The notes below the pieces were generated by a model. That model saw only the letters and a list, made by a program, of their open reading frames with translations, had not been told where the DNA came from and did not search any database. This document shows, one piece after another, positions 20,016 through 28,400 of a stretch of DNA of 64,000 bases. This DNA is from Dehalococcoidia bacterium. GTDB lineage: Bacteria > Chloroflexota > Dehalococcoidia > Lucifugimonadales > Lucifugimonadaceae. Position 1 is the stretch's first letter, and the number at the start of each line of letters is the position of its first letter. Location: positions 2,605,027-2,669,026 of the forward strand of contig OZ245044.1 in NCBI GenBank assembly GCA_965224305.1, read 5' to 3'. A program made the position numbers and the translations under genes.

Positions 20016-21215
20016 TCATACCGCATTTGACAACGCTGACGAGAGTATTTCGACTGCCTCGTCGATCTCCTCCGTGCTGGCGTTCAACGGCGGCATGAAC
20101 CGCAGCATGTTTGGGCGCACCGCGTTCAGCAATAGTCCGTTGTCAAGACAATTGGCGACCAGGCCAGCGGACAACTCCTCCGACATCTCGACGCCGACCA
20201 GCATACCCATGCCGCGGACCTCGGTGATGACAGGGTGTTCTTCTCTCAACGCATTGAGCTTGCCCATCAGGTAATCGCCGTTACGCATCGCTTGCCCTGG
20301 ACCATCTTCGTCGAGCAACGCCTGAGCACCAGCAGATCCCGCGGCTGTCGTAAGCGCGTTTCCACCGAACGTCGATCCGTGATCCCCCGGTTCGAGGACA
20401 GAGCAGAACTCTTTGCACGCGAACGCTCCTAGCGGCGCACCAGCGCCCACGGCCTTGCCGAGCGTCATCACATCAGGCTCGACGCCTTCGAATCGCTGGT
20501 AGCCGAATACAGTCCCCAGCCTGCCCATGCCTGTCTGCACCTCGTCGAGCATGAAGAGGATGTTCTTCTCTTTGCAGAAATCCTGAACGCGCTTCAGGTA
20601 ACCCTCGTCGGGCATATTCACGCCACCCTCGCCTTGAACTGGCTCAAGCAGAACCGCACAAGTCTTGCCCTCGACGTATGCGCCAGCGATCGCGTCAAAG
20701 TCGTCGTAGGGCACGTTGACGAAACCCGGCATCAATGGCGTCCAGTTGTCTTGGTAGTGCGGCTGACCGGTCGCCGCCATCATCGCCTGCGTCCGACCGT
20801 GGAACGAGTCCAGAGCGGTGATGATCTCGTGCGCGCCGCCCAAATTCTTGCGGCCCCACTTACGCGCCAATTTGCAAGCACCTTCGTTGGCCTCTGCACC
20901 AGAGTTGCAAAAAAATACACGGTCGACATCCGAGTTCTCAACGATGAACTGCGCCAATGGGAGCTGAGGCGTTGTGTAGAACAGGTTAGACATCTGCATG
21001 ATCTTGCCTGCCTGTTCGCTGACGGCATTAGTCACCGCTGGATGCGAGTGTCCCATGTTGAGCACCGCCCATCCGGCCGTGAAGTCGAGATAGGACTTGC
21101 CGTCGTTGTCGAAAACCCTAGAGCCTTCACCGCGAATCAGGACCGGCGGCATCCGTCGCACTACCTGCATGTAATACTTGGCTTCTAGGTCCTTGTATTC
21201 CTGAGTGGTTGTCAT
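20016..21215 (-). CDS. argD: Acetylornithine/class-III aminotransferase
   Basis: GWAVLNMGHSHP, DEVQTGMGRLG and TLGKAVGAG (PLP lysine). Start taken at MTTTQEYKD. Confidence 0.85.
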   Translation of the reverse strand: MTTTQEYKDLEAKYYMQVVRRMPPVLIRGEGSRVFDNDGKSYLDFTAGWAVLNMGHSHPAVTNAVSEQAGKIMQMSNLFYTTPQLPLAQFIVENSDVDRVFFCNSGAEANEGACKLARKWGRKNLGGAHEIITALDSFHGRTQAMMAATGQPHYQDNWTPLMPGFVNVPYDDFDAIAGAYVEGKTCAVLLEPVQGEGGVNMPDEGYLKRVQDFCKEKNILFMLDEVQTGMGRLGTVFGYQRFEGVEPDVMTLGKAVGAGAPLGAFACKEFCSVLEPGDHGSTFGGNALTTAAGSAGAQALLDEDGPGQAMRNGDYLMGKLNALREEHPVITEVRGMGMLVGVEMSEELSAGLVANCLDNGLLLNAVRPNMLRFMPPLNASTEEIDEAVEILSSALSNAV

Positions 21216-21330
21216 GTTTTCGGGTCTCCAGATTTCGGAAGGTGGCAATCGACAACACCAATTCAATATACAACTATGCGACTCGCGCTTCCGACGCCGG
21301 CGACTGCAAGTCAGCTACCTAGCTTAGACC

Positions 21331-21939
21331 TCAATTCCGTACGTGCGGCTCTGGACGGTCGCCACGACGGTCTCGCGGAAATTCGACGAGGAGCAGACGT
21401 CCGACCAACATCGCCAATATCAACGCCATCCCGCCAAGCGCGATCCAGTTCGGACCCGTCAACAGCGCGATAACAACGGCCACTACCAACGCAACAGCAG
21501 CAACCCTCGGTGTGTCGCGGATTATCGGCAGCACTGCAAGTCCAGCAACGGTCGGGACCAATCCCCAGATCCCGAGCAGTGCCATCCCTATACCCAAACC
21601 CGTAGCTAAACCAGCACCGCCCCTGAAACGCATGAACACCGGCAACCAATGTCCCACGATCGCGGACGCCGACGCGAACGGCAACAGCTCATCCGGACAA
21701 CCTAGGGCAATACCGATCAACACCGCAACCATGCCTTTCGCGATATCCAACGCCGAGACCACCGCGCCGTGCTTGCGTCCCACTTTACGGAAGACGTTGG
21801 ATGCGCCGGGGTTGCCAGTACCAATCTGGTAGATATCCACACCTGCAAGCTTGGCGACAAACACGGCGAAGGGAAGCGAACCCAGGAGATATGAAGCAAC
21901 CGCAGTTGCGAAAACGGCGGCGATTTCGTTGGGGATCAC
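21331..21939 (-). CDS. plsY: Glycerol-3-phosphate acyltransferase PlsY
   Basis: SYLLGSLPFAVFVAK...GTGNPGASNVFR. The GTG start overlaps the TGA of the upstream methyltransferase (GTGA). Confidence 0.9.
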   Translation of the reverse strand: MIPNEIAAVFATAVASYLLGSLPFAVFVAKLAGVDIYQIGTGNPGASNVFRKVGRKHGAVVSALDIAKGMVAVLIGIALGCPDELLPFASASAIVGHWLPVFMRFRGGAGLATGLGIGMALLGIWGLVPTVAGLAVLPIIRDTPRVAAVALVVAVVIALLTGPNWIALGGMALILAMLVGRLLLVEFPRDRRGDRPEPHVRN

Positions 21940-22838
21940 GAGGCAGCGGCTTGAGATGTTGCCTCGGACAAGCGCGCACGAGCGGTCTCAGCGTATTCAG
22001 GCGAAATCTCATAGCCGACGAACGACCGTCCCAGGTCGGCCGCCGCGAGGGCGGTTGCACCACTTCCCATGAACGGGTCCAAGACAACCTCTCCGGAGAA
22101 CGTGTACAGATCGATCAGACGTCGCGGCAGCTCAATCGGAAACGGTGCGGGGTGTTGTGCCCGTTTGGCGGAGGTTGGTGGGAAGTTCCAAGTGCTCTTG
22201 GTGTGTTCGAGAAAATCGTCACGGGAGATGGTTGACTCACGACCTTCGAGCCGTTTTCGGCCGAACGGCGGTTTCTGGAAGACCAGGATGTACTCGTGTG
22301 TATCGCGCAATGTCGGATTCGAAGGCGACATCCAACTGCCCCAAGCGGTTGATGATCCACTCATCCCCTTGTCCCAGATGATTTCACCTCGCATGTAAAA
22401 GCCAACTTCGGCGGCAATTTGGATTATGTAGGCGTGCAGAGGTATGTAGGGTTTACGTCCGATGTTTGCGACGTTAACGCAGGCTCGCCCACCATCAACA
22501 AGGACTCGATACGTTTCGCTGATGACCCCGCGAATGAGTTCCAAGTATTCGTTCATTGAAAGATCGCCGTCATAATCCTTGCCGACGTTGTACGGCGGTG
22601 ACGTAACCATCAGATGCACCGAACGATCGAGCAGATCGTCCATTTTCTCGCTATTTTTTTGAAAAATCTGGTTACGTGTTGAATGCGGGAGCGGATTTTC
22701 TGGACGTGGTTTGCGATCAATGTCGGCGTCAACATCGATCGGCATCAACCGGCGAGCGTAGTATTCACTGGCGTCGTGGTTTTCCCGAGCGCCAGCACCA
22801 AATGACCTGGTCTTAGTGCCTTTGGTATTGCCGTTCAC
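21936..22838 (-). CDS. Solitary beta-class DNA methyltransferase (SPPY motif, N4-cytosine or N6-adenine)
   Basis: MVTSPPYNVGKDYD (motif IV) precedes VVLDPFMGSGATALAAADLGRSFVGYE (motif I). No nuclease gene is adjacent. Confidence 0.85.
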   Translation of the reverse strand: MNGNTKGTKTRSFGAGARENHDASEYYARRLMPIDVDADIDRKPRPENPLPHSTRNQIFQKNSEKMDDLLDRSVHLMVTSPPYNVGKDYDGDLSMNEYLELIRGVISETYRVLVDGGRACVNVANIGRKPYIPLHAYIIQIAAEVGFYMRGEIIWDKGMSGSSTAWGSWMSPSNPTLRDTHEYILVFQKPPFGRKRLEGRESTISRDDFLEHTKSTWNFPPTSAKRAQHPAPFPIELPRRLIDLYTFSGEVVLDPFMGSGATALAAADLGRSFVGYEISPEYAETARARLSEATSQAAAS

Positions 22839-22883
22839 AATGAAGCATCAATCTTGTTCTTCGATCCCATCACCGTAGATACA

Positions 22884-23882
22884 TCACCCCGGCAAACCAC
22901 CGGTGCAACGCATGAGTGTCTCTTGGACGAGGAGTTCGTGGTCCGGGGTGCGTAGCGGTGAAGCATCGCCTTTGATCGTGGCTACGAAGGCGGCGAAGGT
23001 GTCGACGTATCGGCGTCGATCTTCGAGTTTGATCATGTTGACACCTTGAGTGTAACCGCCTTTGGGTTCGGTTAGGCAGAGTCGGAGTTGGTCCGCGGGT
23101 TCGAGCGGCTCCATGATCGCTGATCCCTCGGTGCCGTAAACCTCGAAGCGTCGTGCCATCGGTCGTGGTTCCATGGCTGCGATGTCGACGGTTACCAATG
23201 CGTTTGAATACTCCAGAACTGCGAGCGTGTTGTCCATGAAGTCCCGGGTTTCCGATGTTGCGTTCTGGAGGTACGACGTGACGCGTTTCGGTCTGCCCAT
23301 CATCCATACGATCTGGTCGAGCACGTGTCCTCCGAGATCGTAGAGGACGCCGCCGCGATGATAGGACAACCCCTGCCGATCTGTAAACTGACCGCCTTGC
23401 GATCGTTCCGGTAACCATGTTGACATGTGTGCCCGGATCTGAAATACATGGCCGAGAAAGCCCGAACGGATCCAGTTGGACATTCGCTCGAAACCGTCGT
23501 GCTTGCGGAACATGTAGCCGAGCGTTACTTGGAGGTCTTGTGCTTCGGCATCTTCGATGATGCGCAAAAAGCGGTGGAAGTCGTCGCCAGCGGGTTTGTC
23601 GTAGAAGCAGTGTTTTCCGGCGCGGACGATGGCTTCGGAGTGAGCGAGGCTTTCGCGGTTTGCTCCTTCGGAGGCAACGGCGGCGATTTCTGGGTTGTCC
23701 AATATGTCTTCAATCGATTCCAACCAAACAGCATCTTCCCAATCCCCAGTGTCGCGGCAAAATGCCAACCGTTCCTCGTCGGGTTCGAAACATCCGACGA
23801 CTTCGACGTCTGGGTTTTCGAGCATGACTTGGTACACGCCCGCTGCGTGACCATGTTTGGTGCCGATTTGCGCGACCTTCAC
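22884..23882 (-). CDS. Gfo/Idh/MocA-family oxidoreductase
   Basis: VKVAQIGTKHGHAAG N-terminal Rossmann motif. The GTG start at 23882 overlaps the trpF stop (GTGA). The longer ORF to 24008 would overlap trpF by about 130 nt. Confidence 0.8.
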   Translation of the reverse strand: MKVAQIGTKHGHAAGVYQVMLENPDVEVVGCFEPDEERLAFCRDTGDWEDAVWLESIEDILDNPEIAAVASEGANRESLAHSEAIVRAGKHCFYDKPAGDDFHRFLRIIEDAEAQDLQVTLGYMFRKHDGFERMSNWIRSGFLGHVFQIRAHMSTWLPERSQGGQFTDRQGLSYHRGGVLYDLGGHVLDQIVWMMGRPKRVTSYLQNATSETRDFMDNTLAVLEYSNALVTVDIAAMEPRPMARRFEVYGTEGSAIMEPLEPADQLRLCLTEPKGGYTQGVNMIKLEDRRRYVDTFAAFVATIKGDASPLRTPDHELLVQETLMRCTGGLPG

Positions 23883-24589
23883 TGCGGCTCCTTCAAAAGT
23901 CGAGATGGGTGCTTGATTTGATGTCTGGCGGTTTCGACGAAAGCGTGAATCTTGGCGTGGTCTTTGACGCCGTCCGTCTCGACTCCGGTCGAAACATCGA
24001 CGCCCCAAGGGGCTAGACGTTGCACGGCATCGTCAACGTTTTCTGGATTCAGGCCTCCGGCGAGCAACACGCCTTCGCGGTTGACGATTCCTTCGGCAAT
24101 GTTCCAATCGAATGTCTTACCGGCGCCGCCTGGTGTGTGTTCGTCGAATCTGTCGAGTACGACCATGCGGTCGAGGCCGAGATGATGATCGACCAAATCG
24201 CTGAGTTCGTCGCGTGACATGTCGGACTTGACTCGTATATGTCGAAGTACCGGTTTCCACATTGATCGGATGTAAGTTTCATCCTCATCGCCACAGAGAT
24301 GAACGCAGTCGAGATCGATCTGTTGCGCGGCCGTGTTCACCCACCTGGCGTCCTGGTTGCGGAAAAGCCCGACGACCTGGGCCCCCTTCTCCCGGAGCCG
24401 GTAGACACGATGGTCTCGGGCTCGGATTCGATAGTTCCTAACCACATCCTGCGCCTGAAAACGCGTCAGTTGTCTCCGCACACCTTCCACGAGGTTGAAT
24501 CCCAAGTAATCGGCACCGGCGTGCGCAGCTTCGACGGCCGAATCGCCGTCTCGTAACCCGCATATCTTCACCTTCGGAACGTAGCTCAT
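23879..24589 (-). CDS. trpF: Phosphoribosylanthranilate isomerase
   Basis: VKICGLRDGDSAVEAAHAGADYLGFN...LLAGGLNPENV. Confidence 0.85.
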   Translation of the reverse strand: MSYVPKVKICGLRDGDSAVEAAHAGADYLGFNLVEGVRRQLTRFQAQDVVRNYRIRARDHRVYRLREKGAQVVGLFRNQDARWVNTAAQQIDLDCVHLCGDEDETYIRSMWKPVLRHIRVKSDMSRDELSDLVDHHLGLDRMVVLDRFDEHTPGGAGKTFDWNIAEGIVNREGVLLAGGLNPENVDDAVQRLAPWGVDVSTGVETDGVKDHAKIHAFVETARHQIKHPSRLLKEPQ

Positions 24590-24598
24590 CTCACTCCA

Positions 24599-25432
24599 TC
24601 AAACTGTGATCGTCGCCATCTGCGATATCAACTCGCTCGGATCGCCGTCCGCCGTCATTAACGATTCGCCTACCAGCACCGCCTTCGCCCCGGCAACCGC
24701 CATGCGCTTTACATCATCCGCGCTTCGCATGCCGCTCTCGGCCACCTTGACGACGTTATCAGGGATGCGCCGAGCTAAATCTGGGAAGACATTGAGAGAT
24801 GTTGTAAGGGTCTTCAGGTTTCGATTGTTGACGCCTACGATCCGCGGTTCGGCGTATGTCAACGCGATCTCGAGCTCTTGGGCATCGAAGACTTCAACTA
24901 ACGGCTCCATGCCGATTCCTGTAGCGACCGCATAAAGATCGGTGTAATGAATCGGGTCGAGTATGGCAGTGATCAGCAGAACGGTGTCGGCACCGTAAGT
25001 TCTCGCTTGGTGGATCTGGTATTCGTCGACCACGAAGTCTTTTTCTAGGACGGGAATGTTTTGGGCATGAGCCACTTCGGTAGCGCGTTCTAGGTCGTTC
25101 AACGAGCCGCGGAAGAAATCCTGTTCGGTAAGGACTGAGATTGCAGCTGCGCCGGCGCGGCAATAGGTCTCGGCACTTTGCGTTGGGTCTAGGGACATAT
25201 CCATGACACCGGCGGATGGAGAGGACCGTTTCATCTCGGCGATTACAGACACCGAAGCGTTGGACTTCAGCGCGGCCCCGAAATCCAACGGCGGACGCTC
25301 AAGGTTGGCATCCTCAGCGGCATTAACCACCGCACTCAACGGCGATGCCGCCTTGTCATCAGCAATGCGTCTTCGCTTAGCCGCCACGATGCGGTTGAGA
25401 ATCGATGAGTTGCCGTTATCGCTCTTCGTCAT
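24599..25432 (-). CDS. trpC: Indole-3-glycerol phosphate synthase
   Basis: ILNRIVAAKRRRI...VIAEMKRSSPSAG...VGVNNRNLKT...ESGM. Confidence 0.9.
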   Translation of the reverse strand: MTKSDNGNSSILNRIVAAKRRRIADDKAASPLSAVVNAAEDANLERPPLDFGAALKSNASVSVIAEMKRSSPSAGVMDMSLDPTQSAETYCRAGAAAISVLTEQDFFRGSLNDLERATEVAHAQNIPVLEKDFVVDEYQIHQARTYGADTVLLITAILDPIHYTDLYAVATGIGMEPLVEVFDAQELEIALTYAEPRIVGVNNRNLKTLTTSLNVFPDLARRIPDNVVKVAESGMRSADDVKRMAVAGAKAVLVGESLMTADGDPSELISQMATITV

Positions 25433-25448
25433 CTGGCAGTGCTAGGGC

Positions 25449-28400
25449 CTAAGTGAAATCATCGAACCGGAGTTTGGGTGCCGGCGGGTGTTCCAGAAAG
25501 TCCAAAAACTCGGAGTGATCTGGCTCCTCAGTATCAAACAAGTCCAGCAACCAAGCCGTGTCCAATACTTCGCGCGTCGTTTCGTCATGAGTATGTTTCT
25601 GGTTGTGAGCATGTTTAGTCTCGATCTGTCGCTCATAACCCGCAATCTCAAGGTCGCGCCCTTCTGCTTTCATCAACTCTAGTTGCTCCGAGATACACCT
25701 GCGAATCCTTTCAGTGGTCCGACCGAACCCTAGCAAGTCGGCGACCGCTATGGGCAATTCATCGACATCTATGCCGATGTTTTGATCTACTGTTTTGAGA
25801 ATAGCCTGCTGGATTTCTTCAGGGGCGACAAGCTCGATCTTTCTGCTTGTTGAAGTTAGATTACGCCTATTTCGGACCGTGATTGGACGAGAATCGGCAC
25901 AGAACAAGAAATCACCTTCGACACGGATTTGTCCGTCTCTTTCAGCCTGCTTGACCGCAGTACTCAAACCCCTCGATGTATAGTAGGCCTCTCTGATTCT
26001 GCGACGTACTTCAAAAATATGTACCGGAGCTTCCGTATTTACGATTGACACGACGTGATCACGTAGATCCTTGTGAGTGTCAACATACATGTATTTATCA
26101 GAGGCTTGTTTTGTTCGATCCCACACTTCATACGGGATACTTGAAGCGCTGGATGCGTTTCTGGGAACGGTTTTGCGCACTATCGTCGCCGAAGCAGCTT
26201 CGCAATCAACGTAGTGAGTTTTTGAACTGGCGACACTATCGTCTTTGCGCGCGTCACGCTTTGCATCTTCTATAGCATCGATGAGCCGTTCGAGTGCTCG
26301 GTCTTGAGAATAGAACCAGTCCGTGCTCCAGACTCGATGGATCCTCCAACCTTTCTTCTCAAGCGTGTCTTGGCGTATGCGGTCACGGTCTCTAGCGGTT
26401 TTCGACGAGTGGTAGCTCGCGCCATCGCATTCGATGCCGAGGAGATAACGTCCAGTGTTATCTGCGTCAACGATCGCCAGGTCGATGCGATACGAGCCCT
26501 GCCCGATTTGCTCTGCTACGCGATATCCGCGGGTCCTAAGCTCCGCGGCCACCGACTCCTCAAAAGGTGACTCGGCTGTCATTCCGGTAGGTTGCGCGGT
26601 GTCGAGATTCCCGGTCTCGGCAAATTCGAGATACGTCTTCAAGGCTTGGACGCCGCGAGCCTGGGTTTTTGACAGGTCGATGTCACGATAAGTGATGTTG
26701 GAAAAGACCACGCATCGCTTCTTGGCACGAGAGATCAAGACGTTAAGACGTCTCTCACCACCCTTTTTGTTCAGCGGACCAAAGTTCATGCGCAAACGTC
26801 CGTCGGCTTGTTTGCCGTACCCGACGCTGATGAAGATGACGTCGCGCTCATCGCCTTGAACGCTTTCCAAGTTCTTGACAAAGAACGGCTCAGCGGAGTG
26901 GCTGTTGAAGAAATTGGCATCGAGCGAAGGATCGTTTGCGAGCATGGCATGTAGTTTGTTTTCGATGGCATCGGCCTGCCTTCGGCTGAACGCCGCGACA
27001 CCCAAAGTGAGATAAGGGTACGAGCGAGCATGTTTCATCACGGCCGCCGCGACTTGACGAGCCTCTCCCAAGTTGACGCTTTCCCCCGTCGTGTACTGGG
27101 TATCCGGCAGGTGTTGGAATTGAACTCCCGACTCGCTCTTGCTAGCGTCAGGACTTGGGGACACCTGTAACCGGTTGTTGTAAAACTCTCGATTCGAGAC
27201 CGCGATGAGCGACTCGTGCTCACTTCGATAGTGCCACTGCAAGGTCTTGTTACGAGCCCCTTGTGTAGAGAAAAGGTCAAGGATGCTTTCAAGGTCCGAA
27301 GCCGAGGCATTTTCTTCAGGCTCTTCGTCTTTTGCTACGCGGTTAAAAAATGATGTAGGCGGCAACTGTTGGCTATCACCCACGACCACGCAGCTGGTTC
27401 CGCGCAGTATCGCGCCAAAAGCGTCGACTGGTTCGACCTGACTAGCTTCGTCGAATATGACGAGATCGAAGCTGATCTTCCCAGGTGGCAGATAGTGAGC
27501 CACGGAGAGCGGGCTCATCATGAAGACAGGTTTGATCTTTTGCACGGCTCTACCTGCTTTGTCTAGTAGTCGTTTGATCGATAGATGCCTTCTCTTTTTC
27601 CTTGTTTCAGTCCTCAAAGTATTGAATTCACCATACGTGCCGCACTGGTCAACTTGCATCCAATGGCGATGAGCCACTGCGCTCTTCGTCGACCGCAACA
27701 ATCCGAGATCGTTACCACAGAAACGTCTTATCACTTCTTCATGGGCACTCCGATCAAACTGTCCAAGAGGCGGGCGTTCTTTAATCGCACGTTCTAAGAG
27801 ATCGTTGTATCGACGATACTGCACGAGCGCTACGAGGCCGACCGTGTCCGGCTTCCAATTATCGATATATCGAAGTAGATCCTTGAGTTCTTCATCCCCT
27901 AATTGACATGAGAATCTATTATAGCTCGAAATATTAACCCAGTCCTCAAGTCCATTCGCCCATTTCTTCACCTTCGAATCCAACAAATCCCAATCATCAT
28001 TTTGCAAGGATTGAAATTCGAGGTCTTCATGATGATCCATTTCTAACGTCAACAATATAGAAGTATAAGCCCTCTCCAAACCATCAAGATCAGATTTAAT
28101 GGAGTTCAGGACATCTTCGCAATCGGTAGCACTTGAAATCAGCTCAGTTGAGAGCGTTACACCCTTAACCAGTTGCGAATTGTCCGATGAACGCCAATGT
28201 CGAAGATAATCATGTATTTTACCAATCGACAGCCAATCAACCGAAAGAAAGTCTGAATAATCCTCGACGATCGTTGCGAGTTTATGTTGCAGAAATGATG
28301 CTGTATGATAGAAATCAGAACGGTCATCAAGCATGTCTAAAAGGCTTCTGCACCAGTGATATTCTACCAAGTTGACTAAATTGTTCCTAACAGTATCGAT

